This document shows positions 12,393-27,639 of a DNA stretch of 64,000 nt, piece after piece. The notes below the pieces were generated by a model. The model worked only from the letters and a program-made list of their open reading frames with translations, did no database searches and had not been told where the DNA came from. A program made the translations under genes and the position numbers. This stretch comes from the human T2T-CHM13v2.0 reference genome, Homo sapiens. The stretch lies in assembly GCF_009914755.1 (NCBI RefSeq), contig NC_060930.1; one strand, 5' to 3'. How positions within the stretch are numbered: the first letter of the stretch is position 1; each line of letters opens with the position of its first letter.

Positions 12393-15300
12393 CAGGACGT
12401 ATTGACTTATGTAAGCACAACCTTGATATAAACTTTAAAGCCTAAAACATGCTGTTCATTTTGATCTCCTTCTAGAAATATGTTTGATGCCAAAATCGGT
12501 TCCTATTGACGGAAAATTACCAAACTGTTCAATAGTTACTCCTATGTTTTTTATTTTTTTCATTTACATTTTATGTTCTTCATTCTTTTTTAAACATGGC
12601 TTTTAAATAATTAACAGAACAATAAGTCATGGTCATGCAGAGTGATCAATTAGCACACTTCATAAACACACTGGCAATTCAGACATAAGATAGCCAGCCT
12701 TGGAGAATTCTTTATTAGAGAATGAAAACCATTTAATGGATCAACATGTAAATCTTCAGTGTTGTATGATGAATAACATTTAGGCATCATGTTTTTGAGA
12801 GTCAACTTTAGGAAATGTGTTTTTGAGAACCAATTTTAGGAAATACATCAAAAGTAAACTTTGGAACTTACCCCAAGGCCTGAAGTTACCCTGCCAAAAG
12901 AAAAAGCTATTTAAGAAACATGCACCAAACAAAAAAAAAAATCTTTAATTAATTAATTAATTAAAGCATTAATTAATGGTCACTGACTTCTCTTACCATA
13001 GTTTCTGTATTTAAAAACTTTGATATAGAAAATAAATTATGTTCCACATTGTAAGTATGTTATGAGGATAGGTGGGATATTATAGACAACAGAGCATTTT
13101 AAGTCAAGGTAATCTTTAATGACTCAAGTCGACTCCTCACCATTTCATAAGTTTTTACCAAAATTTCATGGAAAATAAATTCTCTGGTCTATTTGTACTT
13201 TTTATTGCCATTTCAAGCATATATGGAGTCAAAACATATTTTTAGTATTGCTATTTTTTATATTCTTTACTTTTAGTGAATGTTAATTCAGAAGAATCTT
13301 TTACACTTCCAAAAGGTATACATATTCTTATGGCCTGTAAGTGAAATGCTTTCTGATAGTACCTGGATATGTGTGCAAGTTTCACATAATTTAAAAATAA
13401 AAGAATCCCTTTCTCATTTCAATATTTGTGCTTTCAGAACGATTCCTTGATTTCACATAATAGCCTCTGTGGTAGGTTTTCTGAAAGAAAATGTATATGT
13501 GTTGTTAAAAAAAATAGTTTTATTTTTTAAGACTAATTCATCCAAAATAAAGTTTACCAAGTTATGTAATATTTCTCCTTGAGCTAACTCTTCACCCTCT
13601 CATACCCAGGGGTATAAAGGAAAGAAAGCAGAAAGGGGGAAGTCTAATTTTTTAAAAAAGATGTATTGCATTGTTGTGAACAAATGTTATCAGTGCTGCT
13701 CTCATACTCAGGGAGTGTGTGTGTGTATGCTTCCTGTAGGTCTTCCCCAAGGGAGTGCTGAGGCAAAAGGCAGAAAGCTGCTGAGGACAGAGTGCTCCAA
13801 AGATCCCACTCCACCTCAGCCCTGCCTTCTGCCACTGCTGACCTTTTAGGCACAGCGGTGAGCCCTGTGCCCTGCAAGGACCTTTCAGATTAGGTAGGTG
13901 AGGGTCTTTGGGAATAAATCTTGAGCAGATAGAATTTGCAGCCTGCAGATATAACCATCTACGTTCGTCATCTGAAGGCTGTCAATGCGTATCACCGAGG
14001 AAAAAGAAGAAAAAAAGGCTTACTTTGCAAAACTTCTATAAAGGAAAATGTGTGCAATGGAAAGTACTTGGAGTGATGTGCCCATTATGCATTCTGGAAT
14101 CAGGCATTATGCAAAAGGATACATCTCCTGCATGCCTTGTCCTTTCACATGGGTCTCAGAGTAGCCCTGAGGATGAGAGCGTCCTTGGAATCTATTTATC
14201 TAATGAGTTGGCCATCCTAAATATTTACCATAACAATATGGCAAGCATTGCAGGGGTTAACTCACTTCCTATTAGCCTTTTCTCAGCACTTTCCTCTTTG
14301 TTGGGGTGAATTTATTTGTGTAATCTGAAGAATGTGTCGACTCTGCTCTGGACACATTGGCTCTGGACCACACCCAGAGGGAGCATGTAGAAAGGATCTA
14401 TGTTAGGTGATACCCTGAGAGTGGAGATTTGTAGCTTAAATGAACATTATTTCTGCCAAATCATTTCAAATATGTTGTTTAGTTAAGTTCTCTTCCCTTT
14501 TACTTCTTTTCTGTGGATGCATGGTGTCATTTTATCTCCACCCAGGAACTTGTGTCAACAGCTCCCTCCTCGGACCATTCACTAGAGTTGCAATGTCACC
14601 ATGTCAGAATCTTGCTTTTGTTTTTGTTTTGTTTTATTTTTAAATCTGGAATGTTTTTTACTACTGTCCATTTGCCTTTCACTTTGATGTCTGTGATTAG
14701 CTAAGCTCTCTACTAATTCAGACTGAGTACACACAATCAGCAGTCCCATGTGCCTGGATTGGCATATCAATTCCCTTCTGCTCCCCTTGGCTGGTTGGGC
14801 TCTCTTTGTTACTAATTTAGTACTCAGTTTCTTATGTTCTTTAAGAGCAGAACTATCAAACTTTATTTTCTCTAAAACTTGATTATATTAATAATACAGA
14901 AGACTCATATTAGTGTGTGTGTATCTTTAATTTTTTATTTTGTTGTAAGTTTGTTTGTTTTTTAAACGTTTAGAAGCAGAGTTGAGTATTTCCTATTAAA
15001 AACCTGTTGCGCCTATTGGTGTAAACTCTTTAAGTCTGACCCTGATTGTAAGATTATCTGATGACAAAGTATGGACATGCCTCCTACACTGAGCCTTTAG
15101 CAGAATGGTTTCAAGATTGTTTTCATTTATTGCCTGTTGAGAAAAGCCGCAGGAAAATGTCAAAGTAGTACTCAATGACATGTTATACTAGTTTTAAGCA
15201 AAGGGGTAATTTTTAGTTTTTTATTGTTGGTGCAATTGCCTGTGTATGTTTTTCTTTATGCTGTCTTTACATCATATAGCTTTATTTTCTCCTTCTGTAT

Positions 15301-18269
15301 GTTTGTGGCCCTTTGATTGCCAAATCTTTTCTTGCTTTGTGATTTGGATGAAATCCATTGCTTATCTGTTAGGGTTCTCTCATCAGGTTTTCTTTAAGCC
15401 TTGGGATTTTTCCTCATTTCCTTTGTCCCAAAACATGAATCAGAATGGGAGTGTCTCTGCAGGAGGGGAGGGAGAGGAGACTGGGCTGAGTGGAAGAAAA
15501 ATCTGCTTTCAGAAAAGATGCTGTTTCTTGAGGGGGTCAGACCTGAGGGAAAGTATTGAAAGTCTAGCAAACTCAAGAATCTTTTTCTCCCTTCCCCCAG
15601 CTCCAACCCCTAACACAGGGGAGATTCAATACTGACTGTCATGTTATCCACTGGAGAATTTTACTAATAAAATTGTATCCCTGCTCTATTCAGGGTAAGT
15701 TTACATGTTGTCACAATGATATACTTCATTCTGATTTTATTATTAAGCTGTCTCAGCAATTCATTTGAAATATAGTCATCACGTTTGAAAACTAACAAAG
15801 TTTTAATGGAAGGTAGTGAAATTTTTATACAAAATAGATTTCTTCCATGACGGATTGTTATTAGCTCGGAATACTCAGTGACAAATCAGGTAGTGTAATA
15901 CTAAGACACATTTAACAGCCTTTATGGTTTTCATGAGTACAGCTTAAATTATTGTCTTTCGCATTACATTCTAAATATAGAAATAATATAGAAGATATGT
16001 ATGGTTTATCAAGTGATGACCAGTGGCATATTGCATCTTGTTTAGAGTCAGTCCTCTTGTCTTATTGGGAATATATAGTTTAACAAGGCACTTGCCATCA
16101 TTTCCTTAACAGGGATAATAAACAGAACAATTCTGCATAAAAGCTCATATCAGCTTCTTTCATGCCTTTTCTTTTCAGAAGGCTGCCTAAGGGTTTAAGC
16201 AATTTACTGGTCTGACCCGCATCCTTTCTCTGCAGTCTGCGGTTCTTTTGTTTAACATTAGTATGTGGGCAAACAGCATTCTGAGCTGTTCAGAGCTTAT
16301 CAGCCTGCGTTCAGTCAACCGGAACCCCATTCTATGTATCTAAGCGGGGCCACATTTAATACTTCACAGTGGGAGCATCTGCAGTTTCTAAAAATGACTT
16401 GTTTATCAGATAAACTCTGTCCCTATGCTGACAGATGTGGTGGATGGTGGATCTTCAGTATCATACTTCTCTAATATAGGCTTGTACAAAATATAGTATG
16501 CTGAGGGACAGCGAGACCCACAGACCAGAGTAATGACAAGAATCATTTATGTAGACACTCTCCAACTGCACTCAGAATTTACTTATAGGATATGGTGGGG
16601 AAGAGGCAACTCTCAGATTCTCTTTTGGAACTGAATAAATAACTAATTCTCATGTTACTAAAGTGTTAAGTAGAGGAAAGACATTTTCACTGTTAACCTA
16701 ACGTTTTATGATTTCATTGGTACACACTGTAAGGTGTCTTAGTGCCATGGTCTGATAAAAGCCAGGAGCCTGAGGGGGTTGACTGAAATATTGATCATCA
16801 TGTACCCAGTGGTACCAGAATGTTAGAAAATTAGAAGAAGTGGTCTTAGGAGACTTATCTGCCATTAACCCAAGATAATGCTAATATAGTCTGTTAACTC
16901 AAGATGATCTTTTCTTTAAATTTTTATTAGAATTTCATGAAGTTATTTTAAACATGTTGAGGAACTATAAAACCCTGCTTCTAATCACTATCCCAATTTG
17001 AGATTTTATACTCTAGGCATATAGTATTATGCAGTTATTTTGAAAGCATTGCCAGTCTTTATGAATGTATGTATATATGTATACTTATGCGTATGCATAC
17101 ATGTATACTTCCAAAAATAAACTAAGTATTTATTTAACTATAGCATTTCCTAATATTGTCTTTGTTCTCAATGGAATGAATTAAAGGATTTTTTAAATGT
17201 ACATTTTTGAGATTTATTCCCAGAAGAACTCCAGTTATGATAGAATTATCTGTACCTTACCCTGACATCTTGGCATTTCTGAGGTAGCAGCCCAAAGTAA
17301 TGTTAAGTAACACAAGTATGGACAAGCTAGTGCCTTACCAAGGGGACCATTGTCACAGAACAGGAGCTGATTTTAACTGATATGGTTTGAACCTTAATGC
17401 AATTCACATTGCTTGTAGTAGTCTTATAATTTAGCACATATGTTACATTTTTGCTCCTACCTATAATTACTCTTTGTATTAAAGGATTTTCACCCTAATT
17501 ATTTCTCTACTAGTAACCCCCTTCACCTCTCAGCTCCCTGCTAATTAAATACTTTTAAACATGCCTTCGTTATTAATTGTGAAGTGTTGCCATAACCATA
17601 TGATATAATAATTATTTGGAAGACCAATTTTTAAATTAATAACTTAAACTTTGGTATTTTCAAACAGGAATTAAGGTAATATGTAGACCAAAACATATAA
17701 TATCATGAGAGGCATCTTTGAAGCCTATGTGGTCAAATCATAGGCCAGTACAATGTTATTCTTAACAAAATTATAATTAGCATAATATACAAATCAATAT
17801 AATTCTAGAATGCACAATGATATATATTTGCATTTCCATCGTAACTTCCTATAGGATTTAAAGGCTTTTTTAATGTGTAATTAAATACATCCATGTAGTG
17901 TCCTTATATGGGCAGGCTTATGAAAGAAGCAGCCATTAAGAAATATATTCAATATCAGACTAGAAGACATTTGTGTGCCTTCCCTACTCTCACTAATGTG
18001 TGCTAGCCAACTGTTCATGCAGAAATTGTAACTGTTAATGAGGGTTAAAAGGAAATTTTAAATTAGGTGTCATCTTTTGACTAAGGTACCTCAAGTGTTA
18101 TATTCTGTCTAATATTTATTTTCTATCTTGCCTCTTGCTCTTAACACAATCCACCACTTAAAGAAATAATAATTATTATGATATTTTTCAAACAAAACAC
18201 ACTCCCGCCCATTCCTGGCCCAGCACATTTCCTGGGTCTAACATTTCTGATTGCTCACTGTTTTTCCTA

Positions 18270-19560
18270 ACACTAGATCCCGTATGTCATATGCCTTGCA
18301 TGGCTGCAGACTTTGGCCTTTTCACCTGCTGTTTTGGTTGGCTTTAGATGCAAAGAGAAGACCATGAAAAAGAGAAAGGGGGAGGGAGGGAAGTTTGGAA
18401 GACTGAAGCTAAAAAAAAATGGCAAATGTTTTTAGCGCCTTCATCTAGACATGTGTCCCCTCACTCTGTGACATGGCTGCTCCAATGTTGCCATGGTGAG
18501 GATTTCTAATCATCCCTACACATGACAGGCTCCTATTTGTCTGCACTCCCTTGGGTGTAAATTTCTAGGCTTAAAAAAAAATCCATGTGAGCGTATCATC
18601 CGCCGTGCAGATGTTTCACTGCTTTAGAATATCAGGCAGCTGCTTGTGCCACCGTAGACAGCTAATTGGAGACTGCATCGTAGGAACAGAGGCGCAATTA
18701 TGGCATAAATACACATCCTCTGGTGCATCATTGTATCTCTATTAACAGAAAATTTTAAACAGTGCTCAGAGTGTAATTAGTGTAGTTGATAAAGTTGTAA
18801 AACATGTAAATAAGGGAAATAGCAGGTACGTGGCCAATCCACTATCCAGCACTAGGGGATGCAGATTATTGCCTATTTAGAAATAATTAGCAAAGCTGCA
18901 TTAGCAAAGCCTGTGTCCAACAGAAGCAAGGCAAACATTTATTCTGGTAACAGCTCTTTCTGTGCTAGCCATGAAAATCTACTAATATTGGTAATTTAGC
19001 CCTCATTACCAGAGGATAAAGCATGAAAAGAGCTCAGACATGAAATATGACAAGTAATATTAATTTTTATTCCAGAGGAAAGGATGCTTCCTTGGGTTGC
19101 ATGCTGATTTCTCGGCAGGGTCTCAGCAGTGCATGTGGAGGAGGCAGTGGGTAGCTGGTAGTTGAGAATTCAGGATATGGAGCTGACTCCCTGCTGGAGG
19201 TATACCCTGGGGTGGCTATGACAGTGGCTGATGAGGCATGCCACTGTTAGTGCCCAGCCAAACCTCAGGTCACAGTTCAAAACAAGCACTCAGCCATTAA
19301 ACTTCAGTCCTCATGGACCTTGGAGGGTTTATGTCCTCATTCCTGCTCTTTTCCACCCTCCCAGCCCCTTTTCTCCTTACTCTCTGGCATTTTTTTTTTT
19401 CCCTTGGAATGATTTTGCAGAGCTATACAGGCGATCAGATTGATTTTTGTGCTTGCACCGCCCTTTACAACGTGCTTCTGATAATGAGCTGCTGTTGTTG
19501 AAGTGGAGAGTGTGGGAGGGGTGGTTTCAGCTGCGTCTTAGCTACGTCGTGTGCTCAGGA
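18270..19560. promoter_or_regulatory. Candidate conserved regulatory element(s)
   Basis: Repeat-free and GC-raised. CpG clusters at 18590-18715 and 19430-19550, RFX X-box-like GTTGCCATGGTGA at 18487, and TAATT/CAATTA homeobox cores. Confidence 0.35.
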
Positions 19561-20669
19561 TAAGAAATGATCCTCTGCCTCATATACATTGAAGATTGTG
19601 TCACTGAAGAATATCACCCTGTGGCCAGGAATCATGAATGGCAAAAATTTGGAGCTTGTTTCACAAATACTCTTCCTAATGAAGAAAAATGCAAAAGCAC
19701 TGCGAGTTCCCCAAATCTCAATTCGTTTTCCAGACAGTGGGCTAAAAAGGCAGAATGTTTGGGGAAGAGCCACCTTTCTTGCATTAATCCCTGGCTGTTA
19801 GCTTGTTCTTTGTTTTATTCTTAAAGCAGAACAAATGGCAAAAATTAAGAACCAAGACCATGAAACTAACCATATTTTCTGGCATTTATATTATTTACCA
19901 TTATCTCCTTATTTTTATTATGCACAGGTACTGCTTCTTTTTATGTGCTTCTAGGCACACACACATGGAGTCCCCTTCCTGAATCTTCTGATTTGAGCCA
20001 CTAGGAAAAAGTTATTAGCCAATAGCAAACTAAATTTCCACTCAGACTGAGTTTCACAGTATGTTCAGAATGTCATAGAACATTGTGTCTTAAAAACAAA
20101 ACAAACGAAAAACAGGTTGGATATTTTAGAACTTTAAAAAGTGAAAATGGTGCATTCACAAACCCATTGAAATAAAAAGAGGGATCACCTTCTTTTTCAA
20201 ATATGAAGATTGAGAATCCAGGTTCTATCTTCAGAGGTTGTAGACACTCACCACCTATGATGAGTTGTCTCCTATCCAGGAAATATTGAAAATGACAGTG
20301 GTGGTGTTCGTTACTGCTACAGCTTAGACTAGTGCTACTAATGAGTTGTAAGTCACTTGCGAGTACTGATCAATATTTGTAGGGCATGGTCATGCACAAA
20401 ATGCAAATGTGCACACTTACATAAATATATATGGCATCTCTCCATACCCACAAACACACACTATAATTATTGTACTGCAGATTCTGAATTGTGAGATTGT
20501 ATCTCATTCCTTTTGCTCTCCCATTTCTGAACCAAAAGTACAACCCCAACCAGGCATGAAAACATTCTTTCTTCAATTTAGCATACCCCCTTATCCACAA
20601 CGAGTTGAAATTAGAATGACAATTGGAACCAGATTACTTTGATTAAAGCTCTAGTTTTAAAAAGTTCCA

Positions 20670-20785
20670 GTGGCCTCAGTTTTCTCAACTGTTAAGTTAA
20701 AAATGTCTCCTTGTCTACCTCTTATGGTTATTAAGAGAACCAAATGATATAATACATATATAAATACCCTGCAGACTGTAAATAT
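20670..20785 (+). mobile_element. MIR SINE relic
   Basis: gcctcagttttctcaactgt...caaatgatataatacatatataaataccctg matches MIR. Confidence 0.65.
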
Positions 20786-23700
20786 GACCAAAATTAGTAT
20801 TTATATGATTTGCTTACTAGACTAAGTTATTATTATATCACTATCACCTCACAATCACACTTGGACATTTGCCTGTGTTTTAAAATGAAGCACAAATAAG
20901 CTCAGACAACGTCATAAAATTTTTCTCTGATTGTGTCTGTACAGTGCCAAAACTGCTGATTCACAAATGAAATTGCAGTCAACCAACCAGATGTTTCTTC
21001 TACAGGATGCCAAATTGCCACTTTAACTCTAATTTTTATCCAAGAAACTTACTATGTGTATGGAAATTGTACGAATGCTGCATTCATCATTTTCATTTTA
21101 AATCCATGTGAGGGATCTCACATAGTTTTCATATACCTTAAGCACACACATAGCTCCTTGCTTATCGGAGATACGTTTTTCATATTCTGCAAAGTGAACA
21201 GCACTCTGAGAGTTGCCTAGAGGAAAGTTATGCCCAAATTGCAGAGTTTTCCCAAGGGAATCGGCCAGAGGAGCCTGCTCCTGGACAGCCCTTGTTAAGA
21301 GAAATCCCATGTAGAGCAAAGCTCTGATTTGAGTTATCACAGTTGCTTTAACCCCTTGTAGGAAAAAAAAAATAGTTGTAGAGAGCCCTATTTTCCTAAT
21401 TTCCCCCGTTGGCTTCTGGTGTTTGACAAACAGTTCCTGTTTGGAGACATTATGCTGTTCCTCTCTACTCCAGCACGATGCCCACTGCCTTTACTAAATT
21501 GGCACTGAAACAGCAACCATTGCCAAGATCTATGCAAGGGCAGGAGGGACTGAAAGGGAACATGAAGCAAAATGATCCCTAATTCAAGTAAATTGTTGTT
21601 ACCTTTCTTCACATACTCTTTCTCCCCTCCCTTATTGTTCTCATCTCAAAAGAGAGGAAATAGGTTCCAAATCAAACCACAAAGAGGATCTTCAGAATCA
21701 AGTTAAATTGGAGCACAAGGATTGAGGCTGATGGGAATATGGATTTGCAAGGTGCCAAAGCCTGATCTAATTTACATCCATTTGCTGATTTCCAGCCCTT
21801 TGGCATCTTTTGAAATGGCATTTCATTGTGGAGTTCTTGTAACCATATATTTCATATATGTTGTTTTGAGCTTTATTCAAACATATATTTTATTTTGCAC
21901 AAAACTATATGTATGGATGGATAGTGAATTCTACGTGCCAAGTATTTAGACTAGTTTTATAATTTCTCCGCTTCTTCTCTGAGCAGCTTTCTCCAAAGGG
22001 GCCTGTAAGTCATAATCACAGGGGCTGTTTGTGAATATATTTCTCTGGGCCAGAAATTTTGCCAGCATTGACAGGCACCCCGGACAGCTTTTCAGAAATC
22101 TCCTGGTTATTACTTATCCATTAGAAAGGAAAAAATGATATTTTCCATCAGGAGTTGTTTCCTTCCCTCTCTCTCTCTCTTTCTTTTAAATTATAGAAAT
22201 AAAGTGCCCATTGTAAATCGTTCATGCTGGCGGACAATATTGCATGCAGATCAGGCACACAGCCCATTGGATGGGAATGGTATGGGGGTGGGGGAAGCCT
22301 TTGTGGATGAGTAGACATGAGAGGGATACTGAAATGTTTTAGTCAGGTCAAAAATAGCTCATTAGTGGGTAGGAAAGCTAGCTGCTCATCCTTTAGGATG
22401 GAAACAGCCTAACTTATTTACTTCAGGAGTTTCTCATTGTTTTATTCTTAATAATAAAAACTTACATTTCTTCTTCATATATTTGCATTTACTGTAATGT
22501 AGCTTAATGGCTAAACAGATCTTAAAAATAACAACAGTTACAATCGTTGATGTCCCAAATGAGATTAAAAAAAAACTTTTCTCTGAACTTGAAAAGTAGA
22601 GTTTGGAATAGCTAGAATTCAGACACATTGATTAAAAAAAAAGTGAGTATTAATTCTCAGTGTTCTTAATATTAGGGAGAAGTTAAAGTTTCTTCTTTGA
22701 AATTTAACATTAGCTTTAGCTTTAACATTAGGGCTCCCTCTTTCCCAGCCCTTTCTCCCGTCACCCTCTCCCATAATGACCATGGCTGGGAAAACACAGG
22801 ACAAAGAAGATTACATCCGGATGTCAAGTTTCTTCCCAATACATTAACCAAACAATGATAGGAGATCTATTAGCAGAAGAGCAGAAGATAATTCTGGAAT
22901 CACAATAATTTTAGAGAACAAAACTCCTTCTGATAAATTTATTTTGAAAGAATAATCAGATGTCTCCTAGAATTGCAAACATCGTCCAATCCATCAGAGA
23001 CAGGGAAAAACTTTTAAAAGTCCCCAATTCCCTATGTATAAATGGAGAAATATGCAAATCTGGAAGAAAGATGAATAACACATAAGCGTAATAGAAGACA
23101 GGTAAAATAACAGCATGTATCATGGAAAAGGCCATATGTTCATTTTATGTTTCTTTTGTCTTCATTTTTTCTGAGTTCATTAATTAGGCTTTTTTTTTTC
23201 CTCCTGAGTCAAAAGTCGGTCCAATAAAGAGCATTCCTCAAAGTTCTAGTTTGTTATCAAAGCCTCTCAAAGTGAAGTATTTTGATTGTTCTGGGTGCAT
23301 CTGGTTGGTGAAAATGATAACTGAATTCTTCAACATCAAGCAAAGGGTTGTTTCTTGATGACTGCATGCTTCTGATCAAAATTTATTCTCATAGATTTAT
23401 TGGGCATTGATTTGGTGCCAGGCACAATTCAAAGCCTACAAGTAACAAATTGATGAAATAAGCTGCTCAGAGAGCCAGAACACGTAGTAGCGTGGTCACT
23501 TCAGTCATATCAGGTATCCAACTGAACATAGTTTGGTGTCTGAAATTTCATGCCTCCTGGGTTGCCTTGAATGAACCTGGTCAAGGCCATGGGTAGCATA
23601 CTTCATGTTCTCCACTCGCTGCTACTTTGAAAGATCCTGGAGTTGCTGCTCCCTTGGCAAAAATCATTGTACTCATTTTCCGCACCATTCATGAGATGAT

Positions 23701-26700
23701 TCTTTTTTAGTTAACCAAATGCCTTCATGAGGCTAGAGAACATATGGAAAATTCCCGTTTGTGAGTTTTCTATGGAAAGGTAAATGATAGGCAGTTGTAA
23801 GCTACTGTTAAAAATTAAAATCCAGTTATTTCGTCAAGCCTTTTGATAATTCATTTTGGGAAGAATTAGTTTTTTGTATTTTAACCATTGTAAATCTTAG
23901 TTTTACTTCAACATAATTGGGGAGATGAGGAGAACTGAAGTATCAGACTTGAGAATTAATTTAAGGAAGCAAAATAGCAAAAGTTTTTTTAATTAATGCA
24001 GAATCCAGAATTTTAGTGCATGGCAAATAACCAGATTGGTGTAGTGTAGGACATAAGGAATAAGAAGTATGAATGACTAGGCAGCATAAATAATCATTTT
24101 GACAATAAAATAAATGAAGAAAAGAAAAGAAAAATAAGAAGTGGGTATGCTAGTCAAGATGCTTGATTTATGGAGGCTTATTAGGTTTCTTGCTTATATT
24201 TTTATTTTCTTCTTTATTCACAACACACACATTTTTTTCCTTTCTTCTATTTTACTCCTTGCTTTTACCTTATCATTTTCCTCTAGATATAAACAGGTGA
24301 AGGAGAAATAAATTTCTTCTTATGTGATTCACCTACTAACACATATGAGATAATAGAAAAACAAACAAGAGACCTGTGGTCTGTTAAAAGAATATGGAAG
24401 AAAATCCAATCTTAAATTATTAAATATCAAAATATGTGTGTGAGGGTAACAATAATGTCCTATTTTAAATTTAAACTTGTAGATCTGAGCCACCACTTTG
24501 CATAGATACATGATCATTTTAGGGATTCTGCAGTTTTCCAAAACATTCTGAAATAGCTTCTTTTGAAATTATCAGTAAAGTCTGTTTGTTTTACAAATCA
24601 CATGAGAATATCAGCGTTTTTTTGTTCACATTAATTATACCAATTCCATATTATTAATTACTTTAATCATTTTACTTTAAGCTAAATAGTTTCTGTACTT
24701 CAACATCAAAGTGTGAACTTGAAATAGTAACTCCAGCAAGAAAAAAAAAAAAAAAACATAAAGCAGTGACAGTGTTTCTACTTAAATTTCAGGGCTTTAT
24801 CCTTTTATTTGTTAAATTAATTCTAAAGTATTTTGTTTTTCTTTATTGTAGTATGAAACACAAAACACAGAAGGAAAAACATATGTATATGTGAAGCTTA
24901 AATAGTTTCTATTAAATTGAGGCCCTTAAGGCATAATTTTTTACTTAAGAGAATAAAAATTTAAACCAGAACATAATTAATACATTTCACCATTCCTGAA
25001 TATGTGAACTGAAATTCTTGTCTGAGAAGAATACACCTATGCTTATATTATGAGTTATATGGGATTGAGTGGCCAGTGGTTTTATACCTTTGGCTAAAAT
25101 CATCAGTGGGAATCTTATACATTAGAAACTGATGTTTTCATAGGTAAATTTTGGTGATTTTGTTTGGTGAAGAAGTATACTAACCACATAGGATGTAATT
25201 GAGGCTGAATAATTCCTGGCACAAAATAATAAATCTCTGATAACTGAAATGTGGCTCAGAGCTTTGCCTGTACAGTTATTATATACTGGTTTCTTCATTG
25301 GAGAACTATTCAAGGTACACATATCATGTGGACAGCATGGCTTCTAATTGGGCAAATGTCTGTTTGATAAAAGTGATCAACAAATGTGTTTATTCCTGAA
25401 TCATTTATGGTTAGAATATGAGAGCCATACCAGTAACAGGGTGATCACGGATTGGTGAGGACAATAATGCTTGTTGAATTGGAATATATTTTACCTTATG
25501 CATCTATAACTAAATTTTAATGAAGAAGAGGTTTCATATTTCCTTCTATTTCTTTTACTGTTCACTTCCACTGCTGAACTCACTGAAATATTTGGATTTT
25601 GGATATTATTATTTGATTAGACATGTTGTAAAATATATCTGTAACAACTGTGGAATAGTTTTATCTTCAGTTGGAGCTCTCTTATGTGACAAAGTTTTGT
25701 TCCTTATCTGTCAGCATTAAAGCAATTGGGTTATGTGTTCTTTTCAGTGAGCCTCTTCATGGCCATTTTTACATCAGTCTCAAAATGTATTAGTAATCTG
25801 GTAAATACTTTTTCCACCCTGTCTTTATGTGTAATAGTTAAGTTTAGGCCCACTTTGCTATTTGGATCAAGGACCTTTATTACTTTACTCTGTCTCTGAT
25901 CTGCTTCTTAGGACCCAGTGGAATATTTGCTTCTTAGGGATAGATGAGTATAGAAACAAACATGTTTGGCTGTGGGAAGTGGGATTTAGTTTCCATTTAT
26001 TTGTTCTGAGTGTATCTCAGCAACACACTTTATGTGTATTTTCTCCCACCCTAATGGATAGATCTCCCATTGATTTCAAAAAGATCCTGAAAAGCGTATA
26101 AAGAGATAAAAATCTGATGCTAATCTTAGGAAGTAGGATTCACTTTATTCCAAAGGTTTTTCATCATCTAGTTTATTCTTATCCTTAAAAAAATTTCTGT
26201 CTCTAGCTACCAAATATAGAAGTACTCTATCACAAATTATCTTTCCGAAAGAGAGGGAGAAAGATTGTTTTCAAATCCCAGATTAATAATTTTTACATAA
26301 CAATTTCTAAAAACAAGCTTGAAAACAGAATGCTTCCTTTAAATTAGCTGCCACTGTACAAATTAAATTAGTTCGATAAGTAATCTAATCATGCCTTGCT
26401 CTATCATGTAGCTAATTAATATATTATGACTTGAAGAATTCTGTTTATATTAAATGTATATATAATACACATTTTATGGCTGATCTTGCAAAGCAATTTT
26501 AACGAATGATAGCTGCTGTGTGGAAGCTGAAAGTTATATTTGGAAAGTAAACTTTAAAAAGATTAGTCATTTGAGCCAACTTTTATCAATACATGCCCTA
26601 CCATTTAAAATCAGTAGTTTGCTTCCCTTTTAAAATTGTGCATTATGGGTTTAAACGACATTTCATTTTACTAGATGTTATTAACAGCATTAGTTTGTGG

Positions 26701-27340
26701 TTCCACTTTAATATTATCATCTGAAAATTAAGATGACAATAAAAATCAACCTTCATGATTATTCCCCAGGAATGAGTAAATGCAGTAGTTACAGTGTTCT
26801 TAACGAAAATGATACTGATGTTGCTATAAAAAAAGGCATTTAAAGTAGCTGTGTTTAGAGTATCTCACTAATTCTTGAATGTCTTAGTTAAAACGGTTCC
26901 CAGATTCCATAAACACCTGTTAGTTCCATCTTTTTAGAAAACAGTGTATAGAAAGAAGTCACCTAGATCCATTCCAATGTACATGATTTTTAAACCACTT
27001 ATACTTTCAAACCACTTACATAACATATGCATATAAATATAAAGTGATAAAGCTAGTGTATACAATGATTTTAAAGAAAAATAAATCATTTTAGAAATAA
27101 AAGTTTTTAAATAATATTGAATACATGTTCTAAATGTCAACATATTCCACAGATAACATATTTTGCATTTCATATTGTTTAGGTGTTGTTAGGTAACACA
27201 TCTACCAAAAGTCTCTGTCTTGGAAGGGCACATACTATGACCAAAAGCTTGGAATTTGTTTTACAAAAAATGTAAGTACTTTCAAAATATCAAGAGTTTG
27301 AAGGAAGTACTATTTATTATATTATTACTCCTGCATTTTT

Positions 27341-27639
<299 letters not shown>

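Noticed and set aside
15690-16240. Isolated strong splice signals (agg|gtaagt ~15695; acceptors at ~16178 and ~16235)
   Set aside because: They could not be paired into a credible exon. Such sites are frequent by chance.
19555-19824. Three overlapping ORFs (70-85 aa) in unique DNA
   Set aside because: No recognisable homology or convincing splice signals. The lengths are within chance expectation.
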